A program made the position numbers and the translations under genes. The notes under the pieces are model-generated. The model was given only the letters and a program-made list of their open reading frames with translations, searched no databases and was not told where the DNA came from. DNA of 64,000 nucleotides from Sphyrna mokarran (lineage: Eukaryota), in assembly GCA_024679065.1 (NCBI GenBank), contig JAGIQG010000008.1, positions 65,162,001 to 65,226,000 of the forward strand. The letters are read 5' to 3'. Of the stretch, positions 55,001-63,708 are shown one piece after another (position 1 is the stretch's first letter; each line of letters starts with the position of its first letter).

Positions 55001-58000
55001 AAGACATTACCTGCAATCCAGTGTGCTTTAACTTTGCATAGTAACCTGCTTGTAGGATCTTGTTGAAAGCCTTCTGAAAATCTGAATAAACCATATCCAT
55101 TGATTTTCCCAGGTCAACTTTACTAGTTATCTCCTCAAAGAATTCCAGTAGATTTGTCAAACATTATTTCTGTTTGTTAAATCCATGTTGATTTGTCTGA
55201 TTATACCACTGATTTCAAATGCTGAGTCATGAAATCCTTGCTAATGCTCTCTAGAAACTTCCCCAATACTGACGTTAGGCTCACCGATTTATTGTTCTCT
55301 GTTTTCTCTCTACCTTTCTTTTTGAAGAGCAGGCTTACATTAGCTACCGTCCAGTCTGCAGGAACCAGTCCAAAATCCAAAGAATTTTGGAAAATACTCA
55401 CCGATGGATCTACTTTTTCCAAGGCCACTTCCTTAAGTGCTCTAGGATGAAGGTTTTCAGACCCTGGAAATTTACCTGCCTTCAATCCCATTAATTTCCA
55501 CAAAACTATTTCTCTATCAGTGCTGATTTCCTTAACATTGCCAAGTTAGTTCTTCTTTAGCACTCCCAATGTACGCTGAAACTGTATTGTGATTGATGAA
55601 ATACGTTCTTCTGTAATGTCCCTTGCTCATTGCCCGATCTGTAGTTATTTCATAACTGAGTGACAATTTTTAAACAATTAACTTCTGAAGTGAACAGTGT
55701 TTATCAACAAATATTTTCATAGTTACAGATGGATCTTTTCATTGTTCATGGTTTTTGTATTTTTTGTTTACATTTTATGCTCCACCAACTACATTTTCTC
55801 AGCCAAGAAGACAGTTTGTTTAATTCTGCCAAAACCTCTCTCTTTATATAATATGTAGAATCATAGATACTACAGTCTCTCACACTACAAACCAATCAGG
55901 CTAAGAGTAGTTGCAATAACTGAACTGCCAATCTTATCTCTCTTCTCAATGTGGAGGGAGAAGCACCTGATAGGCAGCAGAGGTAAGATTTACAACTTGC
56001 AGGGCAGTTTCTTAACCCTACCAGGATATAGATTGGCACATGAGTGAGAACATAAAATTGGCACAATGTCATGGGTGCTGTTTCTAATGCCCATCTGCCT
56101 CCCCTGAATTTTACACAGTTGGCAGATGACATAGTATATTCTGCCTGTTGGCCAATTAACACTCTTAAGTATCCAACTAATAGCTACCTAAAGGCCTCTC
56201 CCCACCTCCTCCATTGTTGTCTCCGTGTCAGAGAGAAGCCTAGGCAAGTTTAATGGCAGGCAGCTTTCACAGTTTGTGAGTGTAGGGGAGCAAGGGGGAA
56301 ATCACCTCCTTTGCAGGCCTCTCGGTCCATCACGGGTCTTCGTGCCAACGCTCCTCTTCCCAATTTTTTGCTTCATCCCTGACTGCTCAGCACAGCCCCA
56401 AGTTACCTCACTGGGACATGCCTCTTTAGTCCTGGCAAGACCTCATCCATGTACCTACACCTTCGGGCATGTGATAATTACTGTTGGGGACTTGATGCAG
56501 TCCCAGCCACCACTCTGATTGACCAGCAGTTCCTGAGGCAGGTCTTCCTTCTGAGGTGAGGGCAGAAATCTCGCCCAAGTTACTTTAGCAACTTACTAAC
56601 CATTGAATGGCTTTCAGAAAAGGTGTCAGAGTGGGGGCAGACTTGCCTGTAACATTTCTGTCTTGGATGGTGGAGATCTTCTCTGTGTGTGAAACTCCTA
56701 GTGCAAGTCTACAACATTGGATCCATATTCCAATTGTAAAATGCAAGATTTGACAGTGAACTAATGTAACCATTCAAAACTTATAGCTGAAGATCTCCAT
56801 TTGTATTTATTTCCAGGACAGATAATATACAATTCCACAGACAAAGCAGGCTGGTGTTATTATGCATTCTGTTCTAAGGACTGTATGATTGTGAAATACA
56901 TGGAACCATGTAGAAGCACCACCTTCGCTCCACTAAACAATCAGACATCCACAGCAACAGCAGTACCACCACCGGCAGGTTGCCCAGCTCTGAATCCTCC
57001 AAGAAGTGTAAGTAATGGACATGCCAGTCAGAATGACCTCTCTGTAATCTATATCTATTATACCTTAATGAATTTTTGTGGGAAAATATTGGGAACAATT
57101 GGACTGTTATTCGAGTCAGTGATTGGGCAGTTTTATTTTGGGGGTAGTTTTAACTGAAGGCAAGGGAGGGAAATGTGGTGTGTGAAGTGATTGAGTTAAA
57201 TGGAAGTTTCAATTTCCCAATATTTTGATTGAGGTGCAGAGATGAGGTCAGCCACATGTCTACAGCCTCATGGTATCCTTGGCATGTTCCGACTTGTGGC
57301 ACATTTGCATTGCATGAATATTCATCAGCATACAATCTTTTTTAATGAGATTATATCTTCGGGTTATGTCTGAGATCAGTGGTCTGGGAGAGGAATGGCA
57401 GCTTGCATGGAGGCTCGGGGTGATAAGGGTCAGTAAGAAATGAGGGGAGAGGATAAAGGGTGGAATTAAGGGCATGGTTAGCAGTATTGCCTCACAGAGC
57501 CAGGGACCCAGGTTCATTTCCTGCCTTGGGTCACTGTGCAGATTAGGATTGGCCATGGTGAATGGATGGATTTGTGGGATAGGTCAGGGGGGGCAGGGGT
57601 GGTCCTGGGTCACGTGCTTTCAGAGAGCCAGTGCAGATCTGTTGGACTTAAATGGCCTCCTGCTGCACTGTAGGGATTCTATGGTTTCACGGTGGAGTAA
57701 GGACTAATGTCCTGGGTGAGAGGTAGGTGTGTAAAGTAGTTAGGGCAGTCAGTCAACGGGCTTAAAAGGAAGTGACAGTACTGTCCAAATGTGAATTCAT
57801 ATCAAGGTGTCAACATTTACTTAAGGGATTTGACCCTTTATTCCTCAAAAGGAACCGAAGGGTCTAATGTGAACTCCACAGAGGAATCTCCCAGGAATTG
57901 GAGTGGGGTAGATGGAAGATCACAACAGCCCCCATTGCAAAGATCTGGCCTAAATAACACATTGAAATTCATATCCTGGGCTTCCATCTGTCTTCAGCCA

Positions 58001-61000
58001 CAGGAATTCAATAAATTGTATATTACAAAAATTGTATTTGTCTTTTGTTTCTGCAAACCACAGGTGAATGAAATTTGGAAGCTTGACAATTGTACAATGG
58101 GAATCTGTACAGGGAACAACACTGTGTCTATAATACCAATGAAATGTCCACCTGTTACTTCAATTACCTGTGAAAATGGACTGCAACCCAAAAAAGTCTA
58201 TGACCAATCTGGCTGTTGCTATCAGTATGAGTGTGACTGTGAGTATTGGAAGAATTGCACTGCCAAAATTGAATAGTGATGCAAAAGATAAGAGATGAAG
58301 AATATTGTAGCATGTGATTCACCACTCCATAGCAGACATTGCCTATTCTGCAATATTAATATCAATATTACATAATATTTATGAGAGAGGTCATAACATG
58401 TCCAGAGATATATATTTTTCATCTTTATGGAAACTGGGTTTCTTTGGTTGGCCAACATTTATTGCCCATCCCTAGTTGCGCGAGAACATTCAAAAGTCAA
58501 CTACATTCTGTGGGTCTGGTGTTACATGTAGGCCAGAGCAGATAAGGATGGCAGATTTCCTTCCCTAAAGGACATTAGTGAACCAGATAGGTTTTTCCAA
58601 CAATCGACAATGGTTTCATGGTTGTCAGTAGATTCTTAATTTCGAACATGTTTTATTGAATTCATATTCCACCATCTACTGTGGCAGGTCCCCAGAACAT
58701 TAGGTGAGTTACTGGATTAATAGTCCAACACTAATACCACTAGGCCATACCTTTTCCTCCTACCCCTAAATATAGAGACCTATCACTGGTAGGAAAGTTA
58801 ATAGGGGCAATTCTCCCATCCCACCGCACTACTTTTCTAGTGCATCAGGCCAGGAGAACCATGTTTGGATGGTTTGTGGGATTATGCATGCATCCCTAAT
58901 GCGCGAGCATTTCCAAGCGCTGGATAGCCGGCACAGTTGGGACCACTTTGAAAACTGGAGAGACCAGCAGGTAAATAATTTTAATCTTACTTTAGCATTA
59001 CCTAAATGCCATTATTGGGCCCAGGACTGAAGTCTCCAGGCCCGACAGCGTCTCCCACCCGATCTGTACAATTTCACTCTAGCAAGATTTATAGATCCCC
59101 ATTTTTGAGGAACTAGTGGGACACCCTGCTGGAATGAGAGGACAATCATGGCTCCCCAGGGGACTGGGTGGTGGTGGTGGGGGGGGGGGGGGAGGTGCCC
59201 CTTTGGCATAGGGACCTGGGTAGTGCCAGCCTGTTTCCCCAGCAGTGGCTAAGTGGCAAAGTGCCCATGCCCAGAGGGCACCTTGGCACTACCCACCAGG
59301 CATCAGGCAGTACTAAGGAGACAGAGCCAACAGGCTGTTGTCTGGGGGCAGAGTTTAGGGATAATTGTGGGGAGAATGGGGAGTATTCCGTTATTGGGCC
59401 ATGTGGAGTGATGGAGGGGTAGCACGGTGGGGGTCCCAGGCTGGCTAGCAATTGAGTTGGCCAACAAATAAGGAGACCTTCAGATCGGGGCCACTGTGCA
59501 TGATTCCCCCACCTCCCCCCTCCACTGCCACCTGAGTGTTTTTTTAATGAGACTCGCGATTGTGACCTCTGCATTGCACAGATTGGGGAGATTCAGGTCT
59601 GAAGCTGCATTGAAAGATAGTCATGATCTAGACCAGTTTTCCACCAATTTAACACTTTTGGGAGAATCACCCCCAACCTGATTGCATCATTTTGAGGAGA
59701 TAATAGAGAGGAGACAAAAGATGTAATTTAACTGGATTTTCAGAAGACTTTTGATATGGTGCTCCACATTGAACTAATGAATAAGGTCAGAGAATGTTGA
59801 GTCAGAGGACAAGTAACTGAATTGCTAGCTGGTTGAAGGCAGAAAGTAGAGAATGACTGTAAAGGGTAGTTATTCAGAATGGCAGAGGTGGGAAGTAGTG
59901 TTCCACAAAGATCAGTGCTATATCCATAGCTATTCACAGTTCATATAAATGATTTGGGCTTTGGAATCAAAACACTAAATTTGTGGATGACATCAAATTT
60001 TGGTAGGGGAGAGTCAATACAAAGGGTGTGGGCAATAAATTAAAGGTGGACATTAATAAACTTATTAGAAAAACTGCAGCAGCCTCAAGTATTAGAGAAT
60101 GAAGGAGTTATTGAAATTGCAACCAAAACCAGTGTACACAAAGCCATAGTGACTCATTAGTTGGGCGTAATGGGCAGTTCTGTGAAGAGTGAGATCCTCT
60201 GCTATGGGGCAGGAATCTCAGTGAGTATCTGCCTGGATATTTGCAGTCTCATGCAGCAATAGTTCTTCAAGATGTCCAGGAAACTCTACCTTCAGTGGTG
60301 CAGCCTATATTGAACGTGAGAATTCCAGTGCGTTCTGCACCTTTTCATCCCTTCTGCCATCCTCATGCCCAGGCCTCTGCTCTCCTGCAGAGGATGTTGC
60401 TCCCAATTGTGTCTGGAAATTTTGCTCACTCCTCGTATGGCCCTTGGCTGACCAAGTGCTTAGTGATCACTCTTCTCACAACTTGCACAGATATGATGGC
60501 GTCTGTGTGGCAATGGCCAGCTCACCATTTCTCCCTTTGCGCACCTATCAAATTTGTTGGGCCTTCCCTCTGTGTACCAACCTCCCTGCATACAGGCTAT
60601 CTCTGACCCGATTTGAGCAGATGTCAATGAGCTTTCAGAGAATTGCAATTATCTTAGTTGGATTTATTAATGGATGGGATGAGTTCTTAGAGGCATCACC
60701 CTGATGAAACTTATCAGCAATGGGATTGGTGATGAAAAACATGCACACTGGCTTTTATTTTCTCACCTGTCCATTTCTAAATCTTGTCTCAAAATTCTTT
60801 TACTAATGCAAAATTGAAAGACCAACATTTAATATAATGTTTGTAACATATGTTCCTTCTGTTGAAAAGCAATTAAATAAACAAACCCTTTAATTCCCTG
60901 ACTGAAAGGAGAGGAGTTGAAAGTAGTGTTAGGTACATTAATACCTGAGAGAAGCAGCAATAGTACCTGCTTTCATGCTTCATTTCCTGACACCAAAAGC

Positions 61001-62723
61001 AGCAGTTGCTGAAGGTTGTTTTTTTCAGAGCACAGCGAGAAAAACCAAAAGATGGCACGAATTAGGAAACCTTTGCAGGGTAATCAGTCCCTACTGTGCT
61101 TGATTATTCTTGAACTGCAATATTAGAAGCCCTCTTCCTACTGTGTTAATATAACACTTTCTTATTTAGTGTAGACTTTATCCCATTGTGTCTGTGAGTG
61201 ACAAACGAAAAAAGAATTTGAATTCATATGGGGCAGACTTCACTGGTCTCTTCCATGCTGCAAATGGAATGGAGAATTTGGCATTGCAGACAAAACTGTG
61301 TTCACTTTGAGTGGCACCCGAGAATTCCAGTCACCAATGAGGATGGATGCTTTCATCTCACAATTTTAGTTTCTCACAAAACACATCACAGCCAGCAAAT
61401 TGATTTTTTAAGTAAAATCATGTTTTATGTAAGCAGTAAACAAATATGGCAATTAATTTGCACAAAAAAAACTCTACAAACTGGAAATGTGTTAAATAGC
61501 CAGTTAATGTATTGTAGTGGTTTTACTTGAAGACTCAAATTTACAGAACTACCCTTCAGGATCTTTTATGCCAAACGGATGGGTGGCACAGTGGCCTAGT
61601 GGTTGGTACTGCTGCGTCACAGCATCAGAGACCTGGATTTGATTCCCAGCTTGGGTCACTGTCCGTATGGAGTTTGTATGTTCCTGAATCTGCATGGGTT
61701 TCCTTCGGGTGCTCCTGTTTCCTCCCAAGTCTGAAAGGCATGCTATTTGTTGCATTAGTCTTGCTAAATTCTCCCTCAGTGTACCTGAACAGGTGCCAGA
61801 GTGTAGCAACTAGGGAATTTGCACAGTAACTTCACTGTAGTGTCAATGTAAGCCTGCCTGTGACACTAATAAATAAACTTAAAGAGACAGATTGGGCCTC
61901 ATTTTAATGTCAGTTTAGTATCTCATCTTAAAAGTACCACCTCTGACAATCTGGCATTTCCTCATTGATACATTGAAATCTTAACCTCACAGAGGCTTGA
62001 CGTCATACTTCGTTTTATAATGCTCCTGTGAAGTGCCTTGAGATTATGTTGGGATAATGTTTGCCGTACTGTTAACTACTTTCTAAAGTGTAGAGTGGGT
62101 CTTCAATCCAAGGGTTTCCAATTCTGAGGCATGGGTGCAACCACGATTCTGATTCTGCTACTGTATTGCCAACTTAAGGAACACAATCAAGCCATTTGGG
62201 AAGTAGATCGCTGCTGTCCAGATCCTTTCACAACTCATTGAACAGACAAATACAGACTCAGTGTAAGAGACCTGGATTGGGTCACTGTCTTCCCTCCATT
62301 TGTCTGGGTTGGTCTATGACTGAGTTTATACATGGGTCCAAATAAGACTGTTTCCCTCTCTGAGAAAAAACATGACTGATGCATAACTTGTTTCTTTATT
62401 AAGAATTTACATCTGGCTTAACTTAAATTAAGCATTTTCCCAGAAACTCAAAATGTGACTTTGAAATTCCAGGTGTCTGCAGTGGATGGGGAGGCGATCA
62501 CTACCTCACATTTGATGGAACAGGTTACACATTCCAAGGAAACTGCACTTATGTTCTGGTGAAGCAGATAAAGGAAATAATCCGCGGGTTCAAAATTATC
62601 ATAGATGATGATGTCTGTGATGTTGCGAAAAAACAATCATGCCCCAAAGCCATCAAAATATTTTACAAATCTTCAGTAATAACACTGATTCGGATGACTG
62701 TCAACAAAATGGTAAAAACCAAG
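847..62723 (+). CDS. Gel-forming mucin gene (MUC5B/MUC5AC/MUC2 family), partial: 39 repeat exons plus 3 unique exons, continuing beyond both window ends
   Basis: 42 exons with canonical AG/GT ends splice in a continuous open frame (phases 1-1 x39, 1-0, 0-1, 1-0). The 3' exons give ...[20 protein letters not shown]...[20 protein letters not shown]...[42 protein letters not shown], collinear with the pre-D4/VWD4 region of human MUC2/MUC5AC/MUC5B as I recall it. Orthology is unresolved, so no symbol is given. Confidence 0.93.
2144..2353 (+). CDS. Mucin repeat exon 2
   Basis: 210 bp, AG/GT, GQAVVTSSR variant. Confidence 0.92.
3442..3651 (+). CDS. Mucin repeat exon 3
   Basis: 210 bp, AG/GT, GQVIV variant. 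Confidence 0.92.
4740..4949 (+). CDS. Mucin repeat exon 4
   Basis: 210 bp, AG/GT, GQATV variant. Confidence 0.92.
6038..6247 (+). CDS. Mucin repeat exon 5
   Basis: 210 bp, AG/GT, open frame. Confidence 0.92.
7336..7545 (+). CDS. Mucin repeat exon 6
   Basis: 210 bp, AG/GT, open frame. Confidence 0.92.
8634..8843 (+). CDS. Mucin repeat exon 7
   Basis: 210 bp, AG/GT, open frame. Confidence 0.92.
9933..10142 (+). CDS. Mucin repeat exon 8
   Basis: 210 bp, AG/GT, open frame. Confidence 0.92.
11230..11439 (+). CDS. Mucin repeat exon 9
   Basis: 210 bp, AG/GT, open frame. Confidence 0.92.
12527..12736 (+). CDS. Mucin repeat exon 10
   Basis: 210 bp, AG/GT, open frame. Confidence 0.92.
13825..14034 (+). 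CDS. Mucin repeat exon 11
   Basis: 210 bp, AG/GT, open frame. Confidence 0.92.
15123..15332 (+). CDS. Mucin repeat exon 12
   Basis: 210 bp, AG/GT, open frame. Confidence 0.92.
16421..16630 (+). CDS. Mucin repeat exon 13
   Basis: 210 bp, AG/GT, open frame. Confidence 0.92.
17719..17928 (+). CDS. Mucin repeat exon 14
   Basis: 210 bp, AG/GT, open frame. Confidence 0.92.
19017..19226 (+). CDS. Mucin repeat exon 15
   Basis: 210 bp, AG/GT; several synonymous changes, ANG->AKG. Confidence 0.92.
20314..20523 (+). CDS. Mucin repeat exon 16
   Basis: 210 bp, AG/GT; shares diagnostic variants with exon 1. Confidence 0.92.
21612..21821 (+). CDS. Mucin repeat exon 17
   Basis: 210 bp, AG/GT, GETL variant. 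Confidence 0.92.
22911..23120 (+). CDS. Mucin repeat exon 18
   Basis: 210 bp, AG/GT, open frame. Confidence 0.92.
24210..24419 (+). CDS. Mucin repeat exon 19
   Basis: 210 bp, AG/GT, open frame. Confidence 0.92.
25508..25717 (+). CDS. Mucin repeat exon 20
   Basis: 210 bp, AG/GT, open frame. Confidence 0.92.
26806..27015 (+). CDS. Mucin repeat exon 21
   Basis: 210 bp, AG/GT, open frame. Confidence 0.92.
28104..28313 (+). CDS. Mucin repeat exon 22
   Basis: 210 bp, AG/GT, open frame. Confidence 0.92.
29403..29612 (+). CDS. Mucin repeat exon 23
   Basis: 210 bp, AG/GT, GQAIL variant. Confidence 0.92.
30702..30911 (+). CDS. Mucin repeat exon 24
   Basis: 210 bp, AG/GT, open frame. Confidence 0.92.
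31986..32195 (+). CDS. Mucin repeat exon 25
   Basis: 210 bp, AG/GT; first exon after a 1284-bp spacing. Confidence 0.92.
33270..33479 (+). CDS. Mucin repeat exon 26
   Basis: 210 bp, AG/GT, PLPTS variant. Confidence 0.92.
34554..34763 (+). CDS. Mucin repeat exon 27
   Basis: 210 bp, AG/GT, open frame. Confidence 0.92.
35854..36063 (+). CDS. Mucin repeat exon 28
   Basis: 210 bp, AG/GT, PLPTSCIC variant. Confidence 0.92.
37136..37345 (+). CDS. Mucin repeat exon 29
   Basis: 210 bp, AG/GT, open frame. Confidence 0.92.
38436..38645 (+). CDS. Mucin repeat exon 30
   Basis: 210 bp, AG/GT, PVPTS and EIFSP variants. Confidence 0.92.
39720..39929 (+). CDS. Mucin repeat exon 31
   Basis: 210 bp, AG/GT, EILPP variant. 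Confidence 0.92.
41004..41213 (+). CDS. Mucin repeat exon 32
   Basis: 210 bp, AG/GT, open frame. Confidence 0.92.
42304..42513 (+). CDS. Mucin repeat exon 33
   Basis: 210 bp, AG/GT, open frame. Confidence 0.92.
43588..43797 (+). CDS. Mucin repeat exon 34
   Basis: 210 bp, AG/GT, open frame. Confidence 0.92.
44879..45088 (+). CDS. Mucin repeat exon 35
   Basis: 210 bp, AG/GT, open frame. Confidence 0.92.
45777..46432 (+). mobile_element. 5'-truncated CR1-clade LINE (RT C-terminus + 3' UTR) in the intron after exon 35
   Basis: Interrupts the intron consensus ttcttc|(tg)|ttttgctc. Encodes LGLFSLERRRLGGDLIEVY...TRGH...FFTQRVVSEWNRLP and ends in a ttctatgttctgtgttctgtgttc tail. Confidence 0.92.
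46839..47048 (+). CDS. Mucin repeat exon 36
   Basis: 210 bp, AG/GT, CDIL variant. Confidence 0.9.
48144..48369 (-). mobile_element. Short antisense CR1-clade LINE 3' fragment inserted in the splice acceptor of exon 37
   Basis: The reverse strand reads YRTDVRGRFFTQRVVRAWNGLP...gggccgaagggcctgtactgcgctgtaatgttcta. It is flanked by a taca duplication taken from the acceptor cttacag. Confidence 0.92.
48375..48584 (+). CDS. Mucin repeat exon 37 (acceptor context replaced by LINE sequence)
   Basis: 210 bp, open frame, ctacag|GG...CAG|gtaagt. Inclusion in the mRNA is uncertain. Confidence 0.7.
49087..50290 (+). mobile_element. 5'-truncated CR1-clade LINE (~1.2 kb, reverse transcriptase fragment) in the intron after exon 37
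   Basis: VDVVYMDFSKAFDKVPH, GVPQGSVLGPLLF, FMDD (FADD motif), LVRPHLEYCVQFWSP; 3' tail taatgttctatgttct; aattc duplicated at 49082-49086 and 50291-50295; frameshifted. Confidence 0.95.
50889..51095 (+). CDS. Mucin repeat exon 38 (207 bp, one codon shorter, in frame)
   Basis: cttacag|GG...GCCTG|gtaagt; ESTTVTV instead of ETTTTVTV. Confidence 0.9.
51464..52660. mobile_element. Non-autonomous DNA transposon (PIF/Harbinger-like) in the intron after exon 38
   Basis: Interrupts the recognisable intron (cacaa|...|tgtttttacat). Imperfect terminal inverted repeats aggcttgattttaccatt / aattgtaaatcgggccc; 3-bp flanks aac/aat. The superfamily is inferred. Confidence 0.7.
53358..53567 (+). CDS. Mucin repeat exon 39 (terminal, most diverged copy)
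   Basis: GQTIITSSQSGLCNFTLCTKSCDILKYTGKC...SCNCTANGKILSP; 210 bp; AG/GT intact. Confidence 0.9.
53945..55540 (-). mobile_element. Old degenerate CR1-clade LINE fragment, antisense
   Basis: Minus-strand pieces LKAGKFPGSENLHPRALKEVA, VPADWTVANVSLLFKK, GVLQESVLGPQLF, LGLYSLEFRRLR, FFTQRVNVWNSL; many stops and frameshifts. Confidence 0.88.
56001..56576. mobile_element. Probable degenerate MITE
   Basis: Ends gggcagtttct / agaaatctcgccc are imperfect inverted repeats; GC-richer than its flanks. Confidence 0.4.
56817..57007 (+). CDS. Mucin unique exon: pre-D4 Cys module C-half, short PTS and CPALNPPRS
   Basis: ttttccag|GACAG...AGAAGT|gtaagt; phase 1-0; [64 protein letters not shown]. Confidence 0.93.
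57470..57687 (+). mobile_element. tRNA-derived SINE (HE1-like), degenerate
   Basis: A/B-box-like head tggttagcagtattgcctcacag...ggacccaggttcatttcc; tail aaatggcctcctgctgcactgtagggattctatg. The family name is from recall. Confidence 0.7.
58064..58238 (+). CDS. Mucin unique exon: VWC-like segment preceding VWD4
   Basis: cacag|GTGAAT...GACT|gtgagt; phase 0-1; [58 protein letters not shown]. Confidence 0.95.
58441..58750 (-). mobile_element. tRNA-derived SINE, antisense
   Basis: The reverse strand begins atggcctagtggtattagtgttggactattaatccag (A-box-like) and ends ctagggatgggcaataaatgttggcc. Confidence 0.65.
58803..59674. mobile_element. Non-autonomous DNA transposon / MITE (PIF/Harbinger-like)
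   Basis: Terminal inverted repeats aggggcaattctccca / tgggagaatcaccccc; flanks aat/aac; GC-rich non-coding interior. Confidence 0.7.
59676..60065 (+). mobile_element. Degenerate CR1 RT fragment
   Basis: Remnants of FEE.., LDFQKTFDMVLH and S(S)VPQRSVLYP motifs with stops. Confidence 0.7.
61581..61880 (+). mobile_element. tRNA-derived V-SINE-like element
   Basis: Head gggtggcacagtggcctagtggtt...gacctggatttgattccc; core tggagtttgtatgttc...tgggtttccttcgggtgctcctgtttcctccca; tail aataaataaact. Confidence 0.8.
61884..62150 (-). mobile_element. Ancient DeuSINE-like remnant
   Basis: gggcctc...tctcatcttaaaagtaccacctctgacaat resembles the Deu-domain SINE consensus as I recall it; heavily decayed. 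Confidence 0.4.
62473..62723 (+). CDS. Mucin unique exon: N-terminal part of VWD4 domain
   Basis: ttccag|GTGTCTGC...ACCAAG|gtatgg; phase 1-0; [84 protein letters not shown]. Confidence 0.96.
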
Positions 62724-63044
62724 GTATGGACTGCTGCATTTCCATTTATGGCAAAACAATTAGACAGCTCTCCTTGCAATTTAAAGTACTTGCATTTTCA
62801 CATGTACCATGAAGTCCTCCTGTAGAGCAGGTATCACTATTGGATTTCAGCTGGGGTCTCTAACAAATTGTTCTCTGGACTATTGCTAAAACAGTGTTTG
62901 GCTGTCAGATTCCATGATAATAATAAACACATTATTATTTACCAATCTTAAATATGAGAAACATTGCTTTAGCCAACTACCAGAGGACTGCAAGAACCAT
63001 ACAGTATATTGAACCATGAGGTCAAGAAATGACAGCTAAGAATT

Positions 63045-63190
63045 AAAAGCAAAATATTGCAGACAGTGGAAAGCTGAAATAAAACAGAAAATGTGCAAAA
63101 TATTCAGCAGATTTGACAGCAACTGTTCAGAGAGAAATAAAGTTAACATTTCGAGTCAAATGACCAGTTCTGAAGAAGAATCAAAGTTTA
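63045..63190. mobile_element. Probable short Penelope-like or other interspersed repeat remnant
   Basis: aaaagcaaaatattgcagac...gaaataaaacagaaaatg...cagcag...gagagaaataaagttaacatttc resembles a common elasmobranch repeat end (recall only). Confidence 0.4.
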
Positions 63191-63708
63191 TTCAAAAAGC
63201 TAAAAAATAAACTTGGAGACTAAACACAAAAGAAGTAAATAGTACACTCTAGCTTGTATGCAAACTAAACTTTAAGGGATTCATTTTCCTCCCTGTGTAC
63301 AAGTTAGGTATAGTGCATAAAAAGTGCACATTGTTTCACCTAACCTGAATAGGCCTGAAGCTCCATCACTGTAAAGCCATTCCTTAGGGGGAACTTGTGG
63401 CTGGACATGAGTAAAAAGAACGCAAAAAAAGGCCTTTATCATTGGCATTAGCTGCTAACTGCAGGACTTCTCAGCTGCTTTCCAAAAACAGCTATGAGAA
63501 AGTCTTCAGCCAGCAATGTTTTTTACTCAGGGAAAGATAAACTTATTGGTCAGTCTCACTCAGTTTACAGCCTCACTTCCACTCAGATGCTCACACCTGA
63601 GTGGAGTACGCAAAGTATAAGACCCATTTTCTGTGGGTTAACCTCTTTTGGAGCTCCTGCCAAGCAGAGATCCCTGGAAAAAATGACCAGCAAATTGTTT
63701 TGAATGTT

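Noticed and set aside
60066-60740. ORFs of 62-121 aa, possible retroelement remnant
   Set aside because: No recognisable domain or splice-compatible exon. Exons 58238 and 62473 already join in frame (DC|VCSGW), and I cannot assign a family from the sequence.
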